Assembly: GCA_016926555.1 (NCBI GenBank) | Contig: JAFGOI010000004.1 | Span: 64,776 to 128,775, forward strand | Source: Patescibacteria group bacterium | Lineage (GTDB): Bacteria; Patescibacteriota; WWE3; UBA101185; UBA10185 | DNA: 64,000 nt | Direction: 5' to 3' | Shown here: one piece after another, positions 39,000 to 49,703 of the stretch | Numbering within the stretch: position 1 is the stretch's first letter | Layout: each line of letters opens with the position of its first letter | Translations under genes and position numbers: made by a program | Notes under the pieces: generated by a model | What the model was told of the DNA's origin: nothing | Databases searched by the model: none | Seen by the model: only the letters and a program-made list of their open reading frames with translations

Positions 39000-40184
39000 A
39001 TGCGAGTTGCAGTTTTTATTAAAAGGACTACTTTTCACGATGGATTTGGTGGAATGGAGACTCAGAATAAAGTTTTATGTGAAGGTTTAATGAAAAAGGG
39101 TTTCGAAGTAGTTGTATTTTCGCCTAGTAGAGAACTTGAGAAAACCGAGGAGAAAGAAAACGGTGTGAGGTATATTTTTGTTAAAAGTGTGTATAGAACT
39201 TTGTTTTCCAGATCAAATAAAAATAACTGGTTCAGTAAATCCGTTGAAGCATTCGCGGCAGAACATACTAAGAATCCGTTTGATATAGTAATAAGTCAAA
39301 GTGTGTCCGGAGTTGGTGTGATACTTAGGAAGACTGAGTTTGGTGTCAAGGTTATATCAGTTTCACATGGAAGTATTATAAGCGAGATTAAAACCCGTTT
39401 ATCCAATATTTCCGATTTAAAGTCTGTAGTCCAGCTATTGCCGGATCTCCTTTTCAGTTTGTATATATTTTTCGGCAGACAGCGTGATTTTATACACGGA
39501 TCCGATTTAGTGGTGTGTGTTTCTTCTCATATAAAAAAAGCGTTAAAAGATGAGACTTTTGCCTCAGATGAGAAATTTACGGTCATAAATAACGGTATAT
39601 CCGTAGAAGGTTTTGCGGGTGCAGAGTTGTCTTCTACTGAACAACAAGTATCCCTTTTGTATGTGGGCAGACTTGAAAAAGAAAAAGGTACAGACCTCTT
39701 TCTTGATATAGCAAAGGATGCAAGATTTGACGGATTAACTCTCGATGTTTTTGGAACGGGTCCTCAGGAAGATTTTTTAAGGGAAAACCTCCAAAACAAA
39801 AGTACTCCTTTGCGCGTTAATATACATGGCCGGGTTCCGTATGATGAAGTTCTTAAAGAATATAGACCAGGAAGGGTTTTTATACTTCCCTCCTCCAGAG
39901 TTGAGGGGTTTCCCATGGTCTTGGCTGAAGCTATGTATGGGGGCTGTGTGGTTGTGTCTTACAATGTTGGAGGGGTATCTGACGCGGTTATAGATAATTC
40001 TACAGGTATATTAGTAGAACCTGGAAACTCAAGTCAGTTTATTAACAAGGTTTATAATATAATTGAAGATACAAATTTACGTAATACCTTGAGTAAAAAT
40101 GCGAAGGAAAAAGCTCAGAATGATTTAACTTCTGAGAAAATGGTTGAGAATTATGTAAAGTGTATAAATAAGTTAGTGAAATGA
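39000..40184 (+). CDS. GT4 glycosyltransferase
   Basis: GGME, YVGRLEKEKG, EGFPMVLAEAM (Ex7E). Confidence 0.9.
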   Translation: MRVAVFIKRTTFHDGFGGMETQNKVLCEGLMKKGFEVVVFSPSRELEKTEEKENGVRYIFVKSVYRTLFSRSNKNNWFSKSVEAFAAEHTKNPFDIVISQSVSGVGVILRKTEFGVKVISVSHGSIISEIKTRLSNISDLKSVVQLLPDLLFSLYIFFGRQRDFIHGSDLVVCVSSHIKKALKDETFASDEKFTVINNGISVEGFAGAELSSTEQQVSLLYVGRLEKEKGTDLFLDIAKDARFDGLTLDVFGTGPQEDFLRENLQNKSTPLRVNIHGRVPYDEVLKEYRPGRVFILPSSRVEGFPMVLAEAMYGGCVVVSYNVGGVSDAVIDNSTGILVEPGNSSQFINKVYNIIEDTNLRNTLSKNAKEKAQNDLTSEKMVENYVKCINKLVK

Positions 40185-41374
40185 AAATACTAAGGATTAT
40201 ATATGATTGGCCTCCCCCGTGGAGTGGGTTAGCGCCTCATCCATATGAAATCACTGTAGCTCAAACCAAGCTTGGGCATAAAATAGATGTGTTCTGTGGC
40301 AGATGGCCAAATTCTGGTGATGTGCAAGAACCAGAAGGGGCTAAAGTACATTCCATCATAAGAGAGCCAATTCCCGGATCTCTTACTTTAACTTCATCAA
40401 TATTGTTGCTGTTTAGATATATTAGCTGGAGAAAACATAATGAAGTGGATATAATTCACGCCCACGGCCATTTTGGTATATGGATATTTTTATATAGGAT
40501 TATCTTGAGGAAGTTTTTTCCTTGGGTTAAGGAGTTAAAAACCCCTTTGGTTGCCCACTTTCATAATACAGCCAAGGGAAGGTGGGTTAAGCTAAAAGAG
40601 AAAAATAAAATTACTAATCCCATATCCGAATTTTTTGTTTTTCCTATGGAGGTATTGGCTAATAAACTCGCAATCAAAGCTGCGGCTGCAAACGTATTTG
40701 TAAGTGAGGAAAATAAGAAGGAGGCAATCGAATATTATGGTGTTGAAGAGAAAATGTGTTTTGTTGTTGAACCGGGGATCAATACGGAATTATTTGTGGC
40801 TGTTGGGGAGGAGGAAAAGGAGAAATCAAGAAGAGATCTGTCACTTGATATGTATGACAAAGTTATTGTGAGCCATGGATTTATTGTAAAAAGGAAGAAC
40901 AATCATTTAATAGTGGAAGCACTTAAGTACTTGCCGGAGAATTACACACTCTTGTTATCCGGCCCAGGAGAAGAGGGATATATCGATGAAATAGATGAAA
41001 TAATTAAAAAAGGCAATCTTAAAGAGAGAGTGATGAAGACAGGATATACTCCTTATAATGAGGCGCCTATTGTTTATCAGGTTGGCGATATTTTTGTACT
41101 GCCTTCCGAGTGGGAAGGAATGCCGAAGGCTGTGTTAGAAAGTTTGGCTTGTGGAGTTCCCACACTTGTATCAGGATTTAAGTTTTCAGAAGAGGTGCCG
41201 GGAGTATATTATCTCGAAAATCATGATCCAAAACATATTGCAGAAAGAATATTGGATATTGTAGAAAAGAAGGAGTATGTAGATTTTAATATTTTAAGAG
41301 AAAGGTATTCTTGGGAACAAAGGGCGAAAGAATTAGAGAAGGTGTATGAGTTTGCTAAGAAGCACTATTTGTAA
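40181..41374 (+). CDS. GT4 glycosyltransferase
   Basis: IIHAHG, KRKN, EGMPKAVLESLACG (Ex7E). Confidence 0.9.
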   Translation: MKILRIIYDWPPPWSGLAPHPYEITVAQTKLGHKIDVFCGRWPNSGDVQEPEGAKVHSIIREPIPGSLTLTSSILLLFRYISWRKHNEVDIIHAHGHFGIWIFLYRIILRKFFPWVKELKTPLVAHFHNTAKGRWVKLKEKNKITNPISEFFVFPMEVLANKLAIKAAAANVFVSEENKKEAIEYYGVEEKMCFVVEPGINTELFVAVGEEEKEKSRRDLSLDMYDKVIVSHGFIVKRKNNHLIVEALKYLPENYTLLLSGPGEEGYIDEIDEIIKKGNLKERVMKTGYTPYNEAPIVYQVGDIFVLPSEWEGMPKAVLESLACGVPTLVSGFKFSEEVPGVYYLENHDPKHIAERILDIVEKKEYVDFNILRERYSWEQRAKELEKVYEFAKKHYL

Positions 41375-42932
41375 AAAAATTTCTCCCACATGCTGGATAT
41401 TTTTTTTATTTCTTGTACTTCATGTGTTTTTGTTTAATATAAATACCGCTGAATGGGGAGATTCGTATAGAATTCTTCGGGCCGGTGAAGAATTGAGGCG
41501 TGGGGTTTATCCAGAAGATGAGAAACGTCCCCCGTTAATGTCATATTTTCTTTCTCTAAGACCTAGTTTGGCTGACCCGGTTTATTTTGGGCGTGCACTT
41601 CTACTTGTTTTTAGTGTTATGTCATTTGCTATATTCAGTGGGTTAGCTGAAATATATATTAAGTCTGATAGATATAAAAACCTCGCCCTTTTACTATTTT
41701 CCCTTAACCCCGTGTATTTGTACTGGTCTATAAGAATAATGGCGGATGTGCCCTTTGCGGTTTTTGTTTTACTGGCCTTCTATTTATTTTCTAAATGGCG
41801 GGGTAGTATGAATGGTTTCAAATGTGTATTGTTGGGTTTGCTGGCCGGTTTATCTGTGCTAATGAGATTCGAGGGGTATTTGTTACTAGGCTCACTGGCG
41901 GCAGGGCTAATGTTTCACTCTATTAGTGATTTGGTGGGAAGGTTTACTGCTTCGATAAGAAAAAGATGGGTAAATGTGGTTGCATATATAAGTGCTTCGC
42001 TGTTTGTTCTGGTTCCTTACATCGTTTATAGAAACCCGTTTAGTTCGAGTTATTTGGGCGAACCCTCAGGGCGCGAGTACGATGCTCATATGGGTTTAGT
42101 ATACCTGTTCTCTTTTATTTTCTTGTTTGGTTTTGTTCATGCAGCGGTTTTTCTCGTGAGAGGAAGAAAGCTAAGTTATGAGTTTTTGTCAAAACACTTT
42201 GGGTTATTTGTGTTTGTAGTTTTAGAAATGCTGCTCATATTAGCTTGGCCTGCAGCGATACCTCGTTTGTTTGTATGCGTAATTCCTTTTTTTATTATTA
42301 TGATTTCATTGTCAGTAAAAGAATTTTTTGAGGAACCTCTTGTAAAAAGAAACGTGCTGGATTTGGCAGTACTCTTAATGCCTTTTGTATATGTTCTTGC
42401 GCAATATTTGTTGGGTTTACAGTTTTTAGTAATGACGAGAAAATTAATATTTCTGGTATTTATACTTCAGCTTCCTATTGTTTTAGCTGTTATAGCTAGA
42501 AAATATGCTTGGTTTGTTTATTCAGTATCATTGTCAACGCTTGTTTGGTCCTTTTTGGTGATAATTATGCACAAAGATATTTTTGTTTCAGTAAAGAGTG
42601 CTGCGGATTATTCAGTGAATAATCTCCAGGGTAAAATTGGACATAACGATTTGAGCAGTGTGTCTAATTGGTACTTAAATTACGTGGGGGATAAGACAGT
42701 GGGGAAATATTATGATATCGATAGCGGTGGCAAGTTAACATCCGATTTCGTTTATGAGAACAATCTCGATTATCTAATAATTACTAACGAACATAATCTA
42801 AATCTTGAAATTGACTTCGACAAAAGACCCTATCTAAAAGTCTTGAAGGAATTTAGATATAATGTCAATGGATCCGAATTTGTTACTTATGTCGCGAAAG
42901 TAGAAAAGGAGGAATTATGCAACTGTCGGTAG
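41346..42932 (+). CDS. GT-C-fold (ArnT/PMT_2-like) membrane glycosyltransferase
   Basis: EWGDSY acidic first loop, KRPPL, IMADVPF, RFEG; many TMs and a soluble C-terminal domain. Confidence 0.75.
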   Translation: MSLLRSTICKKISPTCWIFFLFLVLHVFLFNINTAEWGDSYRILRAGEELRRGVYPEDEKRPPLMSYFLSLRPSLADPVYFGRALLLVFSVMSFAIFSGLAEIYIKSDRYKNLALLLFSLNPVYLYWSIRIMADVPFAVFVLLAFYLFSKWRGSMNGFKCVLLGLLAGLSVLMRFEGYLLLGSLAAGLMFHSISDLVGRFTASIRKRWVNVVAYISASLFVLVPYIVYRNPFSSSYLGEPSGREYDAHMGLVYLFSFIFLFGFVHAAVFLVRGRKLSYEFLSKHFGLFVFVVLEMLLILAWPAAIPRLFVCVIPFFIIMISLSVKEFFEEPLVKRNVLDLAVLLMPFVYVLAQYLLGLQFLVMTRKLIFLVFILQLPIVLAVIARKYAWFVYSVSLSTLVWSFLVIIMHKDIFVSVKSAADYSVNNLQGKIGHNDLSSVSNWYLNYVGDKTVGKYYDIDSGGKLTSDFVYENNLDYLIITNEHNLNLEIDFDKRPYLKVLKEFRYNVNGSEFVTYVAKVEKEELCNCR

Positions 42933-43603
42933 TTATACCTGTTTATAACGAAAAAAATACAATCGGGAAAATAGTAGAAAGAGTAAAAGCAGTCAAAGAT
43001 ATAGATAAAGAAATCATCATCGTGGATGATAAATCCACAGACGGAACAATAGAATTACTGCGCAAGATGGAGAAGGATCAGCCGGATTTGAAAATATATT
43101 ATAAAGACCAGAATATGGGGAAAGGCCACACTTTAAAAGTGGGATTTAAGTACACAACGGGTGACTATGTGATTGTGCAAGATGCGGATCTCGAGTACGA
43201 TCCCCAAGATTATCATAAATTACTGCGGGCTTTGGAGGAGGAAAATGTTGATGCCGTATATGGTTCAAGATTTTCTGGTAATTATGAAGATATGAGTAAT
43301 CTTCATTACTTTGGCAATAAAGTTCTAACTTTAATAACAAATGTTTTTTTTGGTGTAATGTTAACTGATATGGAAACATGTTATAAATTATTGCCGGGAG
43401 ACTTTGTCAGAAACATAGATATAAAGTCTAACAGGTTTGACTTTGAACCGGAAATAACCGCTAAAGCGCTCAAAGCAGGACTCAGAATCAAAGAGGTTCC
43501 GATTTCTTATAAGGGCAGATCCCATCAAGATGGCAAGAAAATAACCTGGAGAGATGGGCTTGTCGCGTTGTATACACTTATAAAGCATAGGTTTTTAAAT
43601 TAA
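42917..43603 (+). CDS. GT2, DPM1-like polyprenol-phosphate sugar synthase
   Basis: IPVYNE, DDKSTDGT, QDADLEYDP, TDMETCYK, FDFEPEIT. Confidence 0.88.
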   Translation: MQLSVVIPVYNEKNTIGKIVERVKAVKDIDKEIIIVDDKSTDGTIELLRKMEKDQPDLKIYYKDQNMGKGHTLKVGFKYTTGDYVIVQDADLEYDPQDYHKLLRALEEENVDAVYGSRFSGNYEDMSNLHYFGNKVLTLITNVFFGVMLTDMETCYKLLPGDFVRNIDIKSNRFDFEPEITAKALKAGLRIKEVPISYKGRSHQDGKKITWRDGLVALYTLIKHRFLN

Positions 43604-45762
43604 TGAAAAAACTTAAGGGTTTTGTTCAGAAATATATATATTTGATTATTCTGTTTTTCTTCGCAGTTTTAATATTTGGTGTAAATTACCGGATAAATGT
43701 TTTTAGGTATAACAATTTTGATTATGGGAAGTTTGACCTCGGAAATATGTCCCAAATGGTTTGGAATACTCTTAATGGTCGCTTTATGTATCTGACTGAT
43801 TACTTTGGTACGAATTTGCCCAGGTGGGCGATGAGTCACGTAGATCCGATACTTCTGATGTTTGTTCCGGCCTTTCTCGTTTGGCCCTCTCCTTTGAGTT
43901 TAGTATTTAGTCAGTTGATACTTGTGATATTTTCGGCGTTTATAATATACAAAATCGCGAAATTGGAGCTTGATAATAAATTCTGCGCGTTACTTTGGGG
44001 AGTAATCTTTCTCGCGTATCCAGCAGTAGGGTTTATAACAGCTTGGACCGGATTTCATGGGGTTAGCGTTGTAATACCGTTTTTCTTATATGCTTTTTAT
44101 ATTTTTGAGAGAGATTATAGAAACGGCAGCTTCAAACCGCGGAGTAAGCTACTATTCTGGATTTTATTAATCCTTACAATGTGTGGAAAGGAACAGGTTC
44201 CGCTGTACATTTTTATGTACGGTATTTTTATTCTCTTATTTAGAACAAGTGGGTGGGTGAACATTAATCACAAATTCTTATCTACTAAATGGCTAGTAAG
44301 TGCGCTCAAACTTTCTAATGTCATGACTGCGTTAAGTATGTTAATAGTAAGCATGCTTTGGTTTTATTGGGCTTTCTTTATAATAATTCCTAAATATGCG
44401 CCTTACAGAGTAGCAGGATATGATAAGTTTGCCGAGTCCCTTGGAATTGAGAACGCTCAAACAAGGGATGTTGCGTTGCCAAATTACTTTTTGTCCAGAT
44501 ACGATGCATTTGGTGAATCTTATGTCGAGATCTTGGTAAATATGATTACTCATCCTAAAAAGCTGATTAAAGTCTTCTTTGGAGGGGATAGAGTGGACAA
44601 TCTAAGAAGGACATTTGAGCCATTGGGATATTTGCCCCTTCTAAATCCTCAGCTTCTTATGCTGGCATTTCCGGATTTTCTAATTAATTATGGTACTAGT
44701 GCGGGGGGCATAGGTACTGCTGAAATCAGTAATCATAGGATATCTATGATAATACCCATATTGTTTATTTCATCTATATATTCGGTCACATTAGTTACCA
44801 GGACTATTCAAAAGGTTTTTGGCGGGGCCGAATCGTGCAGAAAACTAATCTCAGCGGGTATATCGGCTACAGTTCTTTTTGTGACCTTTTATGCAACATA
44901 TAAATATAATAATCCGGTATATTTATGGCTTACTCAGGCGGTAAAAAAGAGGTTGGCTGTTGTTGATGTTTATGCTAGTGATGAAATGATTCTTAGGAAG
45001 GAAACTGATTTGAGTGTTGGCGATGTTTTCAAACTATCTAAACTCGAGAATAAAGATAGAGATTGCGCGCAGAAAATCGTTGATATGATTCCTGATGGGG
45101 TCTCTGTCTCGGGGCCTGATTACCTTGGTGCTCAGTTATCGTTAAGAGAGACATATGCAATTTATCCTGCTTTATACAATACTGCCGAGTATGTGATTGT
45201 GGACGTGTTTTCCAGAAAGCTATTAACAATATTGGATGTGAATCTGGATTTATCGAAAGAAGTTGTTCAGAAGCTTCTCTCATCTGAGGAGTACATACTG
45301 GAAGCGGGGTGTGGTAACTTGTTCGTATTCAAGAGAGTTGACCATGTAGATAAATCTGAGCTATTACCTTTACAGGAGAAGTATAAATATGCGGGCAGCG
45401 TGGAATACGAATTGTTTCAGGGGTTATATGTAGTTGATTACAAGATACCAAGTGACATTGAGAGAGGTGTTACCAATAAAATGGAATTTGTATACGAGAA
45501 AAGAGGAAGTAAATCCATTGAGGACTATGTGATGTTTGTTACTTATGTTAATTCTGAGACAAAGGATTCCTATCAAGCTGCTAACCTACCATCTTTTGCT
45601 ATAAAGGAATTGGGTGAGTGGAAGCAAGACAGATTTTATTTAGAAAATGTAGATATTGCGCTTCCCGAATATCTGGAGCCAGGTATATATTGGGTTTTCA
45701 TTGGTATGAGTAATAATGTAAGAACTAGAAGTATGTATATAGGAGATACAGAAGTGTTATGA
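43603..45762 (+). CDS. DUF2079-like GT-C membrane protein with large extracellular C-terminal domain
   Basis: FDLGNMSQMVWNT, HVDPIL, GFH and KE motifs; multi-TM. Confidence 0.7.
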   Translation: MKKLKGFVQKYIYLIILFFFAVLIFGVNYRINVFRYNNFDYGKFDLGNMSQMVWNTLNGRFMYLTDYFGTNLPRWAMSHVDPILLMFVPAFLVWPSPLSLVFSQLILVIFSAFIIYKIAKLELDNKFCALLWGVIFLAYPAVGFITAWTGFHGVSVVIPFFLYAFYIFERDYRNGSFKPRSKLLFWILLILTMCGKEQVPLYIFMYGIFILLFRTSGWVNINHKFLSTKWLVSALKLSNVMTALSMLIVSMLWFYWAFFIIIPKYAPYRVAGYDKFAESLGIENAQTRDVALPNYFLSRYDAFGESYVEILVNMITHPKKLIKVFFGGDRVDNLRRTFEPLGYLPLLNPQLLMLAFPDFLINYGTSAGGIGTAEISNHRISMIIPILFISSIYSVTLVTRTIQKVFGGAESCRKLISAGISATVLFVTFYATYKYNNPVYLWLTQAVKKRLAVVDVYASDEMILRKETDLSVGDVFKLSKLENKDRDCAQKIVDMIPDGVSVSGPDYLGAQLSLRETYAIYPALYNTAEYVIVDVFSRKLLTILDVNLDLSKEVVQKLLSSEEYILEAGCGNLFVFKRVDHVDKSELLPLQEKYKYAGSVEYELFQGLYVVDYKIPSDIERGVTNKMEFVYEKRGSKSIEDYVMFVTYVNSETKDSYQAANLPSFAIKELGEWKQDRFYLENVDIALPEYLEPGIYWVFIGMSNNVRTRSMYIGDTEVL

Positions 45763-47237
45763 AAAGTTTGGTGAAATGGCAGCTGATTAGTTTTGTATCT
45801 AGAAGTATTGCCACCGTTTTAGGTATTATTCAAGGGGCCATAGTTTTCAGAATACTCACTCAGACTGAGTTTGGCCTGAAAGAATTGGCATTATCTATTG
45901 GTGGCGCTTTGGGAATATATCAGCACTTAGGACTTGCCTCGGCTACCACACGGGAAATAGCCGCTGCCGAAGACGATTCGGAGATATTTAAGATATTTGT
46001 TACGTCAGTTTTTGCGAGATATTGTGTAACCATACCCCTGGCTATAGGACTCTATATGTCTTCAGGGTACGTGTCTAGAAAATATCCGGGTTTGGAATTA
46101 CCACTGAAATTGTATGCGTTTTCTTTGTTATTCCAAGGAATGCAGAGTATTCTTAATGCGGTAATATCTGGTACAAAGAGATTTAAGCACCTATTTATAT
46201 ACCAAGTAGTTATCGCTTTTGTAAGTGTCATTTTGTATGTACCCTTAGTTTATTTTTTTAGAGTTGCAGGTTTCTTTCATGCTTTTCTTGCATTTAACAT
46301 TGTCAGCACGGTTTCCTTAGCCTTCCTTGCTTTCAGACCGTTAAAGGGAAAGATGAAATTTCCTTCTTGGAAAGACTTCAAGCGTCTCCTTAAGGAGATA
46401 TTTTCTATTAGTATAGCAATATACGTTGTTAAAGTTCTTTATACCAACTGGGAGAAATTAGGTAATAACCTACTGGGTCTTTTCGTGTCAGCAGAAGCGG
46501 TTGCGTTATTTGGTTTTGCCATGATTTTTGCCAAGAAGCTTATGCTAATATCTGATTCGGTAACGGATGTAAATTTGCCTGTTTTATCGGAGAAATATAA
46601 GAAAGACATTTCTGATTTTAAAAGAACTTTCATTTCAAACTTTAATAAAGTCTTTTCTGTTGTGATAATCGCAGCTTCTCTTGGAACGTACTGGGCTCCC
46701 CAGGTTGTAATTATTTACGGGGGTTTAGACAAGTATTATGAATATCAGGAATCCCTTAAATTAGTTCCCCCTTTAATTATGTCGTTTGTAATATATTCAT
46801 TCATAAATATCGTGATGTCTAGTATTTTGGTTCCTGCGAAGCTAGTGAGAAGTATGATAGTGGGATTTACGGGTATGTTGCTTGGAACAGGAGGAGCATT
46901 TTTGCTAGGTCGTGTGTATTTTAATATACTTCACTCGATGGCTTGGGCTATGGTTATAGGAGCTGCAGGGGCATTATTATATTTGAAGCGTGTCGTAAAA
47001 AGAAAACTTGACTTTAACTTTCTAACAGACAGCCACATTTTATTGTTTATACAAACGTTTGCGATATGTATTTTGGGATCTGTTGAGTACGTATGGATAA
47101 AAGTAGGTGCTTTTCTACCCTTAAGTTTCCTTCTATGCTGGGGAATCTTAACTGCCGGATTTATTTCCAAGGAAGAGTATAAATTATTGATTAATAAGGC
47201 GAGGGGTTTTATTAAATGCAGAAATATAAGAGCCTAA
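45759..47237 (+). CDS. Wzx/MOP-family oligosaccharide flippase
   Basis: About 12-14 TMs, RILTQTEFG, HLGLASATTREIA pattern. Confidence 0.75.
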   Translation: MKSLVKWQLISFVSRSIATVLGIIQGAIVFRILTQTEFGLKELALSIGGALGIYQHLGLASATTREIAAAEDDSEIFKIFVTSVFARYCVTIPLAIGLYMSSGYVSRKYPGLELPLKLYAFSLLFQGMQSILNAVISGTKRFKHLFIYQVVIAFVSVILYVPLVYFFRVAGFFHAFLAFNIVSTVSLAFLAFRPLKGKMKFPSWKDFKRLLKEIFSISIAIYVVKVLYTNWEKLGNNLLGLFVSAEAVALFGFAMIFAKKLMLISDSVTDVNLPVLSEKYKKDISDFKRTFISNFNKVFSVVIIAASLGTYWAPQVVIIYGGLDKYYEYQESLKLVPPLIMSFVIYSFINIVMSSILVPAKLVRSMIVGFTGMLLGTGGAFLLGRVYFNILHSMAWAMVIGAAGALLYLKRVVKRKLDFNFLTDSHILLFIQTFAICILGSVEYVWIKVGAFLPLSFLLCWGILTAGFISKEEYKLLINKARGFIKCRNIRA

Positions 47238-48160
47238 TCATTAAGATTTTAGTTAGCATTTTATTATTTGGATTTCTTTTTTCTAAGATAGATGTTAATA
47301 GCGTTGTTCAAAATTTTAGCTTAATAGATTTCACTTATGTGCCGGTGATTATTCTTTTGCTTGTACTTAATTATGTTTTAAGCTCAGTTCGGTGGAAGGC
47401 TCTTCTTATTTTTGATAACACAGATGATGTGAGTGTCAGCTATTTGACGACGTTGTACTTTGTTGGGTCTTTCTTTAATAATTTTATGCCGACGAGTATA
47501 GGAGGAGATGTCTATAAGTTCGTTAAGTTGGGTAAGAAGATCGGCAGTATCGCCCATGGATTTTCTGCGACATTTATGGAAAGATTCACAGGTGTTATAA
47601 TTTTATTTCTAATTACCTTGCTGAGTTTTCCTTTAGTTTTGTCTGATTTTGTGGACTTACCGGTTGTAGGGTCAGTATTAGGCGGGTCAAAAGTTAAGTC
47701 TGTCCTGTTGTCTATATTTATCTTTATATTGTTTATCTTGGGGTTGAGAATAGGTTTATGGGTGTTGGAAAAAGCGTCAGAAAGATTCCCGAAATTAAAG
47801 AAAATATATTCATCAGTAAGTGAATACGAAAACAGACAGGATATAATCAAGACTGCTTTACTTACGTCCGTATTAGTACAGCTTATGTCTATATTTACGC
47901 AGTATTTTATATTTTCTGCACTGGGTGTTAGAATTCCGATATTTTACACGTTCACGGTTTTTCCCGTTATAGCCCTGATAAGTTTCCTTCCGATTTCTCT
48001 TAACAGTATTGGTGTGCAGGATGCTTTATACGTAAATTTATTCGGTGTGGTTGGGATATCTCCTGAGATATCTTTAAGTGCATCTATACTCTACCATTTA
48101 TTTAGATTAGGGGTTAGTTTAATTGGAGGGCTGCTATATGCGTTGGGTAAAGATTCTTAG
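47216..48160 (+). CDS. UPF0104/LPG_synthase_TM flippase-like membrane protein
   Basis: RWKALL, FFNNFMPTSIGGD, ER, LPISLNSIGVQD. Confidence 0.85.
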   Translation: MQKYKSLIIKILVSILLFGFLFSKIDVNSVVQNFSLIDFTYVPVIILLLVLNYVLSSVRWKALLIFDNTDDVSVSYLTTLYFVGSFFNNFMPTSIGGDVYKFVKLGKKIGSIAHGFSATFMERFTGVIILFLITLLSFPLVLSDFVDLPVVGSVLGGSKVKSVLLSIFIFILFILGLRIGLWVLEKASERFPKLKKIYSSVSEYENRQDIIKTALLTSVLVQLMSIFTQYFIFSALGVRIPIFYTFTVFPVIALISFLPISLNSIGVQDALYVNLFGVVGISPEISLSASILYHLFRLGVSLIGGLLYALGKDS

Positions 48161-49703
48161 CATCAGTGACAAAAGGATAGTATATCTTGTCATTTTTTCG
48201 GTTGTGTTTGCGGTAACTCGGTTAGCGGGTATAAAAACGGATGTGATAAACCCGGATGCGGTTAACTGGCATTTTAGATCCCAGCAGTTCATTGTAGGGT
48301 TGAAACAATTGGAGTTTGAGAAGACGTACCAGCACTATCACCCGGGAGTAACTTTGATGTGGATCACAGGAGTGCCTATTGAATTACTGAAGCAAATAAC
48401 CGGTATTCAACATTACAATAATACCAATTTTATTTACTTCCATTTCATTGCGAAGTTCAGTCTTATTTTGTTTCAGCTAGTTTTATCTTTGGTTTTAATA
48501 TACTTTTTAAGTAGGGCAACCGATTTTCAGAGGGCATTTTTGGTTATGTCTTTATTAAGCCTGGAACCGTTCTTTTTAGGAAACTCGCGTTTGTATCATA
48601 TGGATATTTTATTTACATTAGTGTCGTTTTTAGGAATTATACTTTTATATTTGTCTGTACATAGAAATTCGTTTTTGTACAGTGTCGCTACTGGATTTGT
48701 ATTTTCCTTGAGTTTCTTAACAAGAAGTATTGGGGTGGGACTAGTACTTTATACGCTAGGCTACTTTTTTATTATGTATGTGTCCAAATCGGCTGACTTT
48801 TCACTTAAGAAATTATTAGTAATATTATCTGCTTTTGTTGTATCTTCTTTCATATTGTTTCCAGCGTTGTGGGTAAGACCAGTGCATTACATATCTGAGA
48901 TATTTAGTGAGGGTCAGAGAATAGGTGTGAGAAAAGGTCACAGCCAGCTTTTCTTTGGGAAGCAAACTGATGATGCCGGTGTTTTGTTTTATCCGCTAGT
49001 GCTTGTGATGAAAATGTCGCCGGTAATGCTGTTTGGTATTATTTGCTGCTTGATATCCTCGTGCAGAAAATTCAATATTTACAACCTGTCTTTTAAATTC
49101 ATTGGGAAAAACTCGTTTTTGTTCGTGATAACTTCATTCTATTTCGGATATTTTGCTATTATGTCCGTGTTATCTAAGAAAATAGATAGGTATATGCTCT
49201 TTATGTTTCCGTTACTTGGCTATTGTGCAGTAGTGGGTTTAGAGAGATTCTACTCTTATATTCATAAGAGGTTTGGAATTTCTCTTAAAGTGTATTACGT
49301 ATTTTTCATGACTTTTTTTGCGGCTACCTTGTTTAGTTTTTATCCGTATTACTTTACATATACGAGTCCGGTATTTCTAAATGCTAAGACGGCCAATAGT
49401 GTAATTGGTCAGAAGCCTTTTGGCGTGGGTATTTTTGAACTTAAGGATTTCGTTAACGAAAATTATAAAGACGGTGTAAATCTGGGTTTTATAGATACAA
49501 AACCGATGAAGGCGGTCTATGCAAATTCCGGGGTATTTGATATAAGGGTCAACGATCCCGGGGATTATGACCTGATAATTTTAGGTATTAATGAGGAATT
49601 TCCCGATAAGGTTCTAAAGAGTTCGCAGAGGTTTGAGCTTAGTTCAGTGATAACAATAAATGGGTTAGAATATTGGAGGATATATGACAAAAAAACTAAC
49701 TGA
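48138..49703 (+). CDS. GT-C-fold (ArnT/PMT_2-like) membrane glycosyltransferase
   Basis: NPDAVNW, YHPGVTLMW, EPFFL, RLYHMD, KKIDRY; start uncertain (48123 TTG or 48138 ATG). Confidence 0.75.
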   Translation: MRWVKILSISDKRIVYLVIFSVVFAVTRLAGIKTDVINPDAVNWHFRSQQFIVGLKQLEFEKTYQHYHPGVTLMWITGVPIELLKQITGIQHYNNTNFIYFHFIAKFSLILFQLVLSLVLIYFLSRATDFQRAFLVMSLLSLEPFFLGNSRLYHMDILFTLVSFLGIILLYLSVHRNSFLYSVATGFVFSLSFLTRSIGVGLVLYTLGYFFIMYVSKSADFSLKKLLVILSAFVVSSFILFPALWVRPVHYISEIFSEGQRIGVRKGHSQLFFGKQTDDAGVLFYPLVLVMKMSPVMLFGIICCLISSCRKFNIYNLSFKFIGKNSFLFVITSFYFGYFAIMSVLSKKIDRYMLFMFPLLGYCAVVGLERFYSYIHKRFGISLKVYYVFFMTFFAATLFSFYPYYFTYTSPVFLNAKTANSVIGQKPFGVGIFELKDFVNENYKDGVNLGFIDTKPMKAVYANSGVFDIRVNDPGDYDLIILGINEEFPDKVLKSSQRFELSSVITINGLEYWRIYDKKTN